DNA of 43,867 nucleotides. Source: an uncultured bacterium (lineage in GTDB: Bacteria; Patescibacteriota; Minisyncoccia; UBA6257; 2-01-FULL-56-20). The notes under the pieces are model-generated. The model had not been told where the DNA came from and ran no database searches. It saw nothing but the letters and a program-made list of their open reading frames with translations. Made by a program: the position numbers and the translations under genes. Of the stretch, positions 9,242-18,998 are shown in pieces. The stretch spans positions 1 to 43,867 of the forward strand of contig CAWHOC010000002.1 of assembly GCA_963830935.1 (NCBI GenBank), given 5' to 3'. Each line of letters begins with the position of its first letter. The first letter of the stretch is position 1.

Positions 9242-10489
9242 ATGAAGCTCAAGGGAATCGGCGGAGGCGGGGATTTTATCACGGGATTGGACGTGGGAAC
9301 TTCGTCACTCAAAATTGTGGTTGCGGAATGCCGCGGCGCGCGGCCGGTGATCGTGTACGCGCACGAGGAGCCATCATTTGGCATCCGAAAAGGTGCCGTC
9401 GTTGATCTCGGTGAGGCGTCGCAAGCGATCAATCGCGCGCTCTCGGAGGTCAAAAAAATATCAAAAGCGGCGCTACGCAATATTTATGTGAGCATCGGCA
9501 CGCCACAAGCGAAGATGCAGACCTCGCGCGGCATCGTTGCGGTTTCGCGCGCGGACGCGGAGATCGCGAAGGATGATATGGACCGCGCCGTGCGCGCGAG
9601 CCAGGCGGTGAACCTTCCGCAGAACCGCACCATCGTGCACACGATCGTGAAGGAATATATGGTGGACGGCGTCGGCGACATCCTTGATCCATTGGGGCTT
9701 TCCGGAAGCCGGCTCGAGGTGCAGAGTTTGATCATCGACGCGTTCGCGCCGCACATCAAGACGCTCATCCGTGCGGTGGAACTTTCGGGCGGTGACATCA
9801 GCGGGCTTGGCTACGGTCCGATCATCGCCGCGCAGGCCGCGCTCTCCAAACGCCAGCGCGATCTCGGCACCGCGATCGTGGATCTCGGTTTCGGCACAAC
9901 CGGCGTTGCCGTATACGAAGAAAATCGCCTCGTCGGCGTATCAAAATTCCCGGTGGGCGCGGGAAATATTTCGAATGACCTCGCGGTGGGATTGAAAGTG
10001 CCCGTTGACGCGGCAGAAGAAGTGAAGATCCATTACGGATACGCGTATTCGAAAGAAGTGCCGCAGAAGGAATCCGTTGATATGAAAAAATTTGCCGATG
10101 ATGCGAAAGGTTCTGTCTCGCGCAAGTTTATCGCGGAGATCATAGAGTCGCGGCTTGAAGAGATTTTTGACCTCGTGAACAACGAACTGAAGTTGATGGA
10201 AAAATACGGGCAGCTGCCGGGCGGCGTGGTGCTTGTCGGCGGCGGCGCAAAATTGCCGGGACTTACCGATCTCGTCAAGCAGGAGATGAAGTTTGCGGCG
10301 CAGATCGGCTTCACGCTCGCGGACGAGTGGGAGGGCCGCGGAGGCGGCTTCAAAGAATATCTGGAAGACCCGGAGTTCGTGGGTGCTTTTGGCCTTGTTT
10401 TATGGGGCATGGAGAGCGAGGGCAGGGGCGGGGACAGGACACCATCGGGCGCGGGCCTCAAGAAGTTCTTCCGCTATTTTGCCCCGTAA
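9242..10489 (+). CDS. ftsA: cell division protein FtsA
   Basis: Actin-fold motifs GLDVGTSSLKIVV, DLGFGTTGVAVY, VLVGGGAKLPGL. Directly upstream of ftsZ. Confidence 0.9.
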   Translation: MKLKGIGGGGDFITGLDVGTSSLKIVVAECRGARPVIVYAHEEPSFGIRKGAVVDLGEASQAINRALSEVKKISKAALRNIYVSIGTPQAKMQTSRGIVAVSRADAEIAKDDMDRAVRASQAVNLPQNRTIVHTIVKEYMVDGVGDILDPLGLSGSRLEVQSLIIDAFAPHIKTLIRAVELSGGDISGLGYGPIIAAQAALSKRQRDLGTAIVDLGFGTTGVAVYEENRLVGVSKFPVGAGNISNDLAVGLKVPVDAAEEVKIHYGYAYSKEVPQKESVDMKKFADDAKGSVSRKFIAEIIESRLEEIFDLVNNELKLMEKYGQLPGGVVLVGGGAKLPGLTDLVKQEMKFAAQIGFTLADEWEGRGGGFKEYLEDPEFVGAFGLVLWGMESEGRGGDRTPSGAGLKKFFRYFAP

Positions 10490-10526
10490 CCATTTTCTGT
10501 TACCATACAAGAAACATTAAAACTTT

Positions 10527-11863
10527 ATGAAAAAGAAACATCGGGCGGCGCGTCGGGCGACACAGAGCAGTAGGCCGAAAAAGCAGAGCGAGCGATTCCA
10601 GCCATTGTCTGCGAACGTCAAAGTGATCGGCATCGGCGGCGGCGGCGGTAACGCGGTCGCGCGCATGGCAAAAGATTTCACGCGCGGCGTGGACTTCATC
10701 GCTATCAACACCGACCATCAGGACTTGGACGAGTGCGACGTCAAGCAGAAATTATATATTGGAAAAAGTTTGACGCGCGGATTGGGCACCGGCATGAATC
10801 CGGACCTTGGCCGCCAGGCAGCGGAGGAGAATCGCTCGGAGATCACGGAAGCGGTGCAGGGCGCGGACCTCGTGTTCCTTGCCGCGGGACTTGGCGGAGG
10901 CACCGGCTCCGGCGCAACGCCGATCGTCGCCGAGGCGGCGAAGCAGTCCGGCGCGCTCACGATCGCGGTCGTCACGAAGCCGTTCACCTTTGAAGGGAGC
11001 CAGCGCGAGCGCATCGCGAACGAAGCGCTTATAAAATTGCGCGATAAAGTTGACGCGATCATCATCGTGCCAAACGATCGCATTTTCACCGTCATCGGCA
11101 AGGACACGCCGATCGTAAAGGCGTTCGAGGCGATAGACGAAATTTTGCGCAATGCGTTGAAGGGACTTGTGGAGATCATCGCGATGCCGGGTATCATCAA
11201 TGTTGATTTCGCGGATGTGAAGAACATCATGCAGGACGCGGGGATCGCGATCGTGGGCGTCGGCCGCGCGAGCGGTCCGGATCGCGCCGTGAAGGCCGTC
11301 AACGCCGCGCTCCATTCGCCGCTCCTTGAGACGAACCCCGAAGGCGCGAAGGCGGTACTGCTCGGTATTACCGGCAGCCGTGATCTCAGAATGACGGAAG
11401 TGAACGATGCGGCAAAGATCGTCGCACAGACGGCGGATCCCGGAGCGCGCATTATCTTCGGCGCCTATCACGATCGGAATATGAAGCCGGGCGAGCTTAA
11501 GGTGACGATCGTCGCCGCGGGCTTCAGCGGCAGCCAGCCGGGAGCGCTCTTTGGCAACCATTTTGAGGGTCGCCAGGGCGGGCTTCCATGATGTTCGGCA
11601 CCGGTCGGGCGGGCGGCGAAGGACCGGTCAATGGCAACGGCGCGGCGCTGATAAGCAAGCAATCCACGCCGATGCGGGAGGCAGGCACGAGCTCCAAGAA
11701 CCCTACGGTCCACGCCCGCGGCGAGGAATCGGCCGACGAGATGATGGCCCAAAAAACGCTCTCGCCCAACAATTTTGACAAGAAGCCCGAACTGGCAAAG
11801 CCGACAGGGAAAGATAACGACGCGTGGGATATTCCTGCGTTTTTGAGAAGGAGAAAGCGCTAG
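10527..11863 (+). CDS. ftsZ: cell division protein FtsZ; one frameshift (~11585) separates the core from the C-terminal linker and peptide
   Basis: IKVIGIGGGGGNAV and GLGGGTGSGATPIVAE (tubulin signature) are in frame 3. The conserved C-terminal peptide DIPAFLRRRKR is in the 11588-11863 ORF (frame 2). Confidence 0.9.
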
Positions 11864-11891
11864 GGTTTTTATTAAACTAACAACAAATTCA

Positions 11892-12533
11892 GTGTCACTC
11901 GCTGCTCTTGGACTCTTAGCTGGACTAGTGACGGATGGATTGATGTTGCTAACTAAAGATAGCGGCATCGTTGGGGTTTTTCTTCCCGGCATTATTTTTG
12001 GAGTCATCATATCTTTCTATTTTTATAAACAGCCCATCTATAAAATAGTAACGTTTATAATAATTTCGGGGGCTGCATATTTTCTCGCGTATTTCATAGC
12101 TTCGCTCATTGGGGGTTGTGCGGTTTGCGGATTTACACCAGCTTATGTTGAGGCTGGATGGTTGGGGATCGCGAGACCCGGAATGCTTCAATTGGCCATT
12201 GCCAATCTTGCAGGCGGCGCAGTGGGGGCACTTATGGTATCTATCGCTTATAAAATTTTTGTACCTCACCCTCCCCGTATTTACGGTGGCATTTTTGACC
12301 TGACGCTAATTGGCGGAGTATTGGCTGTTGTAGGATTTCTTCCCGGACTTTTTTTGGGGAGTACTTACGAAAATAACTATATTCAAAGTTTCTACATTCT
12401 ATTTCCGGTTTGGCAATTTGGAATGGCGTTCGCGTTAAGCCGTTATATGGGTAAGGAGAAAAATTCTGAAGCAGCAGAAAATATTCCTCCCCGACTGGAC
12501 ACCGAGGGAAATCATATCGAACTAATGCACTAA
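11892..12533 (+). CDS. hypothetical polytopic membrane protein in an AT-rich islet
   Basis: 213-aa ORF with about 5-6 hydrophobic spans. GC is about 40% versus about 57-60% in the flanking ftsZ and rmuC. Confidence 0.55.
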   Translation: MSLAALGLLAGLVTDGLMLLTKDSGIVGVFLPGIIFGVIISFYFYKQPIYKIVTFIIISGAAYFLAYFIASLIGGCAVCGFTPAYVEAGWLGIARPGMLQLAIANLAGGAVGALMVSIAYKIFVPHPPRIYGGIFDLTLIGGVLAVVGFLPGLFLGSTYENNYIQSFYILFPVWQFGMAFALSRYMGKEKNSEAAENIPPRLDTEGNHIELMH

Positions 12534-13593
12534 GAAGGGTCCACTTCCTCCGGCTTCTCCACAACTGGCGATTCAAGTTCAAGCTGCTCTCCCGTGATGC
12601 GCAAAATGTCTTTATTGATCTTCCCAAACTCCTTTCCGGCAGAGTTGTAGGCGGAGACGGTGGTCGTCAGGTTCTTGCCCACTTTGCCAAAGTATTCCTC
12701 ATAGCTCAGCAAGTGTTTGCCGAGTTCACCGACGCGTTCACTAATTTTTTCGCGCTCTCCTCGATGCGCAACGCTTTGAGGCCCTGGAGCACCGTCAAAA
12801 GATAGGCGTGGAAGGTGGTGGGGGAGACGATGATCACTTTCTTCTTGCCACTCGCGTATTCGATGAGGTTGACGTTATTGGACTTGAGCGCGCCCACTTT
12901 ATTGACGAGTAGGTCGTAGTAGACGGCCTCGGACGGGATGAACATGAATGCGAAGCCGAGCGTGCCTTCCTCCGGCTTTATGTATTTTGACGTCTCGTCG
13001 ATGCGGATCTTGAGGTCGTTCGCGAACGCGTTCTCAAAACGCTCACGCTCGGTCTTGTCGGCCGATTCCAAAATGCGATTGTAGTTCTCGAGCGAGAATT
13101 TGGAGTCCACGGGGATGATGCCGTCCTTTGTGATCACGGCGGCGTCCACGATCGTGCCATCCTTAAACGGATATTGCATCTGGTACGCGTTCGGCGGGAG
13201 CACGTTCTTCAGCACGGTCTCCAGATAATATTCGCCGAGTACGCCGCGCTGTTTCGGGTTCTTCAAAATATCCTGCAGGTTCTTGAGGTTGTCCGCGATG
13301 CTCACCACCTGGCGCTGGCCCTCGCCCACCTTAGCAAGTTCCTGCGTTATCTCGCGGATGAGGCGCGTGCTCTCCGTAGCCTGCGTGAACGCTTTGTTTG
13401 TGGAATCATTGATGGCCTTTGCCGAATCGCCCAGCTTGGTCTCGATCGTGCGGTTCAACTCGTTCAGTTGATTTTGGAGCATGAGCAACGATTGCGAATC
13501 CTCTTTTTGCGCCGGCCGATCCTGAAGTTTCCAAAGCCGCCACACGATGGCGGCAAAGAGGATAGCGATGATGATGAGCAGGATGGTTTCCAT
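12530..13593 (-). CDS. rmuC: DNA recombination protein RmuC; one frameshift in an A6/T6 run (~12745)
   Basis: N-terminal TM helix, coiled coil, then KQRGVLGEYYLE, PVDSKF, FMFIPSE. The C-terminus SERVGELGKHLLSYEEYFGKVGK continues in the 12530-12712 ORF. Confidence 0.85.
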
Positions 13594-13625
13594 ATAGATA
13601 GATTTTACTCTGATTGGCTGACAAA

Positions 13626-13652
13626 CAAAAATGCCCCCGAAGGGGCATTTTT
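13626..13652. terminator. bidirectional rho-independent terminator between rmuC and the RRM gene region
   Basis: aaaaatgcccc-cgaa-ggggcattttt. Confidence 0.7.
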
Positions 13653-13671
13653 GAGAAGCAGATCCGAAGAC

Positions 13672-13980
13672 CTACTGCCAATCCCTGCCACCACCACCAC
13701 CGAAGTTGCCTTCGCGGCGGGGAGGGCGGGCTTCGAGAGGCTTGGCCTCGTTCACGGTGAGCTTGCGCCCATCGAAGTCTTGGCCGTTCCACATTTCGAT
13801 CGCTTTCTGCGCATCGTCATCGGAACCCATCTCGACGAAACCGAATCCGCGCGAGCGGCCGGTCATCTTGTCCATGATGATGCTCGTGGACACGACTGCG
13901 CCCGCCTTGGCGAACGCTGACTGGAGCTCGTCCTGAGTCGTCGAGTACGGTAAACCTCCAACGTATAATTTTGTAGCCAT
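13672..13980 (-). CDS. RRM-type glycine-rich RNA-binding protein
   Basis: RNP-2 KLYVGGL, RNP-1 RGFGFVEM, and a C-terminal GGGG tail. Confidence 0.85.
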   Translation of the reverse strand: MATKLYVGGLPYSTTQDELQSAFAKAGAVVSTSIIMDKMTGRSRGFGFVEMGSDDDAQKAIEMWNGQDFDGRKLTVNEAKPLEARPPRREGNFGGGGGRDWQ

Positions 13981-14119
13981 TCAATTGCTAATGATGTGTA
14001 AGGCGACCTACTTCTCCTCTGCTTCTGCGCCGCCCAAACAATAGTAGTGCGGCCAGTGGAAACTTACTAAGAACACTTACATCGCAATCATTATACCATA
14101 AGCTTTCCCAAAAGCGCAA

Positions 14120-14978
14120 ATGGCGGTTAATATAGATTTAATGTCTCGAACGATGACCATGAGCGCTTTTCAGAAGGCAATTTGGGCGTATTACCGCCGC
14201 GCCGGGCGGGGCACGCTCCCATGGCGGCACACGGGGGACCCGTACGCGATCCTGGTTTCCGAGATCATGCTCCAGCAGACACAGGTGTCGCGGGTGGAGG
14301 GATACTATAATCGATTTCTCAAACAATTTCCCAACTTCCGCGCGCTCGCGCGGGCGAAGAACAGCGCTATCCTGAAAGCATGGCAGGGGCTCGGCTACAA
14401 TCGCCGCGCGATGTTTTTGAAGCGCGCCGCGGAGGTCGTCGTTGAGCAATATGGCGGACGCTTGCCGGGCGACCGCGCGGCGCTCGAGGCGTTGCCCGGC
14501 ATCGGAAAGGGAACATCGGGTTCGCTCATGGCGTTCGCGTTCAATAAGCCGGAAGTTTTTATAGAGACGAATATCCGCCGCGTGTTCATCCATTTTTTCT
14601 TTCCAAAAAAGCGAAGGGTAACGGATGCGGAACTGGAACGTTATATCGAAAGGAGCATAGACCGCAAGCATCCGCGGGAATGGTATTGGGCGCTCATGGA
14701 CTACGGAGCAGCAATGCATGCTCGGGATCGGCAATGGAGCAGGCGAACCCAATCGGCGGAGTGCGCATTACAAACGGCAGGCCGGCTTCAAAGGATCCGA
14801 TCGCGAACTGCGCGGCAAGATCATGCGATCGACCCTCGCCGCAAAAAGGAATAAAGTAAGCGTTGATGAGCTATTGAAAATTCTGGGTGTTTCTCCGCAA
14901 AGGTTCATGAAAGTGCTTGGAGGCCTTGAAAAAGAAGGTTTTATCGTTAAGAAGGGGGATTATATTTGTATTAAATAA
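14120..14978 (+). CDS. HhH-GPD DNA glycosylase (MutY/Nth-like) with a C-terminal winged-helix-like tail; one frameshift (~14717)
   Basis: LPWRHTGDPYAILVSEIMLQQTQV, LGYNRRA and LPGIGKGTSGSL (helix-hairpin-helix GPD). After DYGAAM the protein continues in the 14718-14978 frame (NRRSAHYKRQAGFKGSDRELRGKI...). No Fe-S Cys cluster seen. Confidence 0.75.
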
Positions 14979-14992
14979 TAAGAACAACGCGA

Positions 14993-16182
14993 ATGCAGAA
15001 ATTTTTTACCAAAGCGACGGTCGCCGCGCTCATCGCGGGCGCGGTGCCGTTTTTGGCGTTCGCGGCCACCGCCACCACCGCGAAAACACCATTCTATTAC
15101 GGCGCCTGGGTGCCCTATTGGACGAGCACCGCGGGCGAGCAGCAGATCGCCGTCAATCTTGATTCACTGAACGAGGTAAGCCCGTTCTCGTATGAGATCG
15201 TGAGCGGTGGGGCCATCAAAGACGACCTCGGCATAAACCAGGGGCTTTGGACCGGGTGGATATCCGCTGTCCAGTCGGGCGAGCGTGAAGGTCATTCCGA
15301 CGATCGCGTGGTTCGACGCAGGCGGCATTTACCGGTTACTTTCCGTTGCAAAAACGCGACAGGCGGAAGAGAATTCGATCGCCGCGCTCGTGAAGGCCAA
15401 TGGTTTTGACGGTATCGATATCGACTTTGAAGCGATGTCCACGTCAACGCGCCCGTATTACTCATTATTTATAGAGGGACTTGCGATGCGGCTCCATCCG
15501 GCGGGGGAGAAGCTGACGTGCACCGTCGTGCCGCGCGAGCCGGCGAGCCAGGTTTATGTGGTCGTCCCCGCGACCCTCACGTACCCCGAAAATTATACGG
15601 TACTCAACCAATATTGCGACGAGGTGCGCCTTATGGCATACGACCAGGGAACGACGGACCTCAAACTCGATGCTTCAAAGGGCGGCAACGGCACAGCTCT
15701 ACTCACCGACCGCGGATCCGGATTGGGTGACGAAGATCGTCCAGTACGCCGTCCAGTACATTAGCCCGAAGAAGATCATGCTCGGCATCCCGACGTACGG
15801 ATACGAGTACGAGGTCTCGTGGGCGAACAATGTGACGACGTATCAGGAGGTGCGTGCGTGGGATTACTTCGGCGCGATGGACCGCGCGGATTCGCTCGGC
15901 ATCACGCCGGTGCGTGACAACGCGGGGGAGCTGAGCTTCACGTTCACCTCCAGCACCTATATTCAGGAGCCACTCGTTCTTACCAATTATGTTTCCTCCA
16001 CGGAGCCGGCGGTGCTTACCACGCACGATCCGAATGCCTCCACCACGTTCTTTGTGTCCTTCCCGGACGCGACATCGGAACTCCAGAAAGTGGCGCTCGC
16101 GAAGAAGTACGGCCTGCGCGGCGTGATGTTCTTCAAGGCGGACGGGGATATAGACCCGTCCATCTGGAACTCCCTCAACTGA
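14993..16182 (+). CDS. secreted glycoside hydrolase family 18 (chitinase/peptidoglycan-hydrolase-like); two frameshifts (~15278, ~15693)
   Basis: Signal peptide MQKFFTKATVAALIAGAVPFLAFA. GH18 catalytic motif FDGIDIDFE. MLGIPTYGYEY. The three track ORFs (14993, 15285, 15556) tile one protein. Confidence 0.8.
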
Positions 16183-16186
16183 TTAA

Positions 16187-16306
16187 GGCCAGCAAGCGTA
16201 TGGTTTGAAGGGCTTCGCGGAGGTAGTCCCGCGGACTACCGAGCGTGAGCGGCCCGGCCAGCAGGCCGCGGAACGCGAAGCCCTTCAAACCATACGCTTG
16301 CTGGCC
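16187..16306. repeat. 120-nt palindromic element: perfect 33-bp inverted repeat enclosing two small hairpins
   Basis: 16187-16219 (ggccagcaagcgtatggtttgaagggcttcgcg) is the exact reverse complement of 16274-16306. The 54-nt spacer contains ggtagtcc/ggactacc and gcggcc/ggccgc stems. Confidence 0.85.
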
Positions 16307-16344
16307 CCAATGATAATTCAGGGAGTTTCCATTGTTCGGAAATA

Positions 16345-16374
16345 TAAAAAATGACCCGGGAGGGTCATTTTTTA
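16345..16374. terminator. bidirectional rho-independent terminator
   Basis: aaaaaatgaccc-ggga-gggtcatttttt. Confidence 0.7.
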
Positions 16375-16379
16375 TATTA

Positions 16380-16472
16380 CTACGACTGGCATCCGCACCG
16401 GCAGGCGCCGTCGGGCGCGGTGTGCTCGTGCCCGCATTCTTGGCATCTGCCCTCATCCTCCATTTCTGCCAT
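16380..16472 (-). CDS. candidate 30-aa cysteine-rich peptide (MAEMEDEGRCQECGHEHTAPDGACRCGCQS)
   Basis: Not in the ORF track (too short). Pattern is CxxC...CxCxC. Ends a few nt before the 16345-16374 terminator, with an AT-rich upstream region. No clear Shine-Dalgarno. Confidence 0.3.
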   Translation of the reverse strand: MAEMEDEGRCQECGHEHTAPDGACRCGCQS

Positions 16473-16649
16473 GGATAATGGTGTGGTCGATGATTGGTTT
16501 ATATAAGTCGACCTTGGGCTGTCAATCACTAATACTTATTACGCTCGGATTTATTTCATATATTCCCTTATGGGAAGCGTTCTATAGATCATAAAAAGAA
16601 AACAGCGCCCACTTTCGTGTTCAGGCGCCGTGAAAAGATGGAATGGAGT

Positions 16650-16988
16650 TCATTCCGTATTCTCGGGATTTCTTTTTATTCCCTTTATTTTTTCATAGCC
16701 GGGGAGGCGCTTCTCTGCCCGATGGAGCGATTCCGCGAGCCGAGCGAAGACGTCTTCCAGTCCGGGATGTTCCTTCTGGGTGTTCAGGAAGCAGTGAGCC
16801 CTTACGATCGCGTCCTGAATATATGCCACCCATGTCTGTGGATTTCCCACGAGCTCCTTATTGAGCTCGTACTCGCTGAAAGCATTTTGGAGCGACGTGC
16901 GCAGCTCCTCAAGCTCCCGGCGCAGTTCTTCTTGCGATTTGTGATGCGTCAGCAACTCATCTTCGCAGCCTTTGGCCATTTCCCTCAC
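16650..16988 (-). CDS. hypothetical helical protein
   Basis: 112-aa ORF directly downstream of the terpene-synthase-like gene on the same strand. Followed by a hairpin and T-run (~16593-16640). Confidence 0.45.
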   Translation of the reverse strand: MREMAKGCEDELLTHHKSQEELRRELEELRTSLQNAFSEYELNKELVGNPQTWVAYIQDAIVRAHCFLNTQKEHPGLEDVFARLAESLHRAEKRLPGYEKIKGIKRNPENTE

Positions 16989-17039
16989 CTCCCTTCCGCT
17001 ATCCCATTATGGCAATAACTGCCTGTAGCTTACCGTATT

Positions 17040-18998
17040 TCAAAATGGCGCGCCAGATGCGGAATTTTCCTTGAAATCATTAAGAAAAACAAGAGCATCG
17101 CCTCGCTCTTTAATCGCACGCTGGGCGCCGGATTCGAGTTTGCGGAGCTCGCCTTCGAGGAGATCCGAACCGTCCAGGATCGACGATCGCTGTCGCGCGA
17201 GGCGCGCCTCATGCACGTGTGCGGTTATCAAGTTTGCCGCATCGTCGACGACCTCTTTCCAAAACGACGCGCGCAACTCGGGCATCATCGCGCCTGGTGA
17301 TGTCATAACCTCTTTATCCTTATACCGTTTCTTAAAACGCGTGAGGACGAGTGCGCCAACGCTCGTCACGCGGCCGCGCAGGAGATCCTCCGCCCAATCG
17401 TGCGCGTCATCATGGATCTGGCGCGCGATGAGGTAGTGGCGAAAGAATAGCTCCACATTTTTATATTCTACGGAGTCGGCGCTGTACCCGGCGATGAGGA
17501 ATTCGGCGAGCGGGCCCATGGCATGGCCAATACTCCGGTCGGCGAGCGTGTGGTAGTCGCCGAACGACGGTATCGCGGGGAAGCAGCAATGTTTTTGCTC
17601 CCACGCGTTGGCATCATCAATACGATTCATGGTGGTGCGGAATAGGTGAGCCATTCCCGGAATTTGTACCGCAAGCGTCGAATATATTTCTGTGAGCGCG
17701 CGGAGAAAGAAATTCGCACAAGGAATGGACGAGGCATTCTCGTCACCATCGAGCACATCGTCATAGATGTCATACGCCATCCATCCGTAAAGATTTGCAA
17801 GGGAAAGTTGTTCGACGATGTCCAAAGGGATGACGATCCCGCTGCGGTATATCGCCTCGTGAAAATCATAGGCGAGCATCGTGATCCTTTCGTCCGTCGT
17901 TTTATCGATCTGCGCGATCGCGGTATCGCGCAGTGAATCGCCGATCGCGGCGCATGCTGTTCGTGCGAGGCAGCGGATATGTTCATGGAGGGTGGGCGCC
18001 TGTGCTGCCGCGGCGGAAGATGAAAATTCGGGCGCGCTGTATAGCGCGAGAGCTTCCGCGCAGAACGCCGCCGTGAGCGCGGACGATCCTGCATAACAGC
18101 GCCTGCCATCACGGGTGGGATCGATGCAGAACGCATAGGGCATGAATCCCTCATGTTCCACATGTCGGGCGAGGGCATCCGGCATGGCGATCGCGATCTT
18201 TTCCCGATGGCCGATATACACAAGCGATGAGATCGTCATCGCGAGTTCGAGCGTTGTGATATTTTTGGCACTATATTTATGTAAGTGCCCTAGGATGATA
18301 TCCGCGAGCGCGCCGCGGATCGCGGCGTTATCCGTATTGCCATTGCCTTTATAAAATCGCGAAATAAAATAACCTACATGAAAAATGCCCGGATAGTACG
18401 GCGATGCCAGCCGATTTTCGCGGACCGCTTCACTGATAAAGTGTTCCAACGCCGGAAGGTGAACGCCGACGAGCGAAAGGAAATAGCCGATCGTGGCGTT
18501 GACTACAATGTCCGTATCCTGCCATTGTGCCGGAGCGTCATTCCCGACAAGCCATGTGCGGTACGGGCCGCCCGCGCGCATCTCCTGCGTGGTAAGTATT
18601 TTTGCGATGGAGGAAAGAATATGGCCGTCTATGATTGAAGGATTGTAGCTCGCGAGCGCAGTCAGCGCGGCAAACGTATCATCGAGATCGTCCGGATAAG
18701 GCGGGTAAGGCATTGTGGCATTCCCGCCGTCACCACGTGCCCAGTAATTGAATGACCATCGCATACTCTTTTCTGAAAGCAGAAAACTCGCCGCGCGATT
18801 TTGAATATCGGTTGTCCGCCGCTCGACATGTCGCAGACATGTCAGGATAGTGGAAGCGAAAAATGTCGTCCGGCGCGGGATGGCGTGAGAAAAGTCGGTT
18901 GGCGAATGTCCCGAAAGGTTCACAAAGCTGCCGTCAGGGGATTGTTCGCTTCGTATGTGGTCGATGGCCCGATGTATCAGTTCCTGGTATTTCTGCAT
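17040..18998 (-). CDS. terpene cyclase/synthase-like fusion protein (N-terminal prenyltransferase/squalene-cyclase-type alpha-toroid + C-terminal class I isoprenoid-synthase-like domain)
   Basis: 652-aa intact ORF. N-terminal half: SEQSPDGSF repeat-like motif and PDDLDDTFAAL (DxDDT, class II cyclase-type acid motif). C-terminal half: YDIYDDVLDGD (DDxxD) and, about 115 aa later, IHDDAHDWAEDL (NSE/DTE-like). Confidence 0.55.
   Translation of the reverse strand: MQKYQELIHRAIDHIRSEQSPDGSFVNLSGHSPTDFSHAIPRRTTFFASTILTCLRHVERRTTDIQNRAASFLLSEKSMRWSFNYWARGDGGNATMPYPPYPDDLDDTFAALTALASYNPSIIDGHILSSIAKILTTQEMRAGGPYRTWLVGNDAPAQWQDTDIVVNATIGYFLSLVGVHLPALEHFISEAVRENRLASPYYPGIFHVGYFISRFYKGNGNTDNAAIRGALADIILGHLHKYSAKNITTLELAMTISSLVYIGHREKIAIAMPDALARHVEHEGFMPYAFCIDPTRDGRRCYAGSSALTAAFCAEALALYSAPEFSSSAAAAQAPTLHEHIRCLARTACAAIGDSLRDTAIAQIDKTTDERITMLAYDFHEAIYRSGIVIPLDIVEQLSLANLYGWMAYDIYDDVLDGDENASSIPCANFFLRALTEIYSTLAVQIPGMAHLFRTTMNRIDDANAWEQKHCCFPAIPSFGDYHTLADRSIGHAMGPLAEFLIAGYSADSVEYKNVELFFRHYLIARQIHDDAHDWAEDLLRGRVTSVGALVLTRFKKRYKDKEVMTSPGAMMPELRASFWKEVVDDAANLITAHVHEARLARQRSSILDGSDLLEGELRKLESGAQRAIKERGDALVFLNDFKENSASGAPF

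Noticed and set aside
16175-16456. 93-aa minus-strand ORF in the track.
   Set aside because: It reads straight through a rho-independent terminator and the 33-bp palindromic element, has a low-complexity sequence, and overlaps the more plausible 30-aa Cys-rich ORF in another frame.
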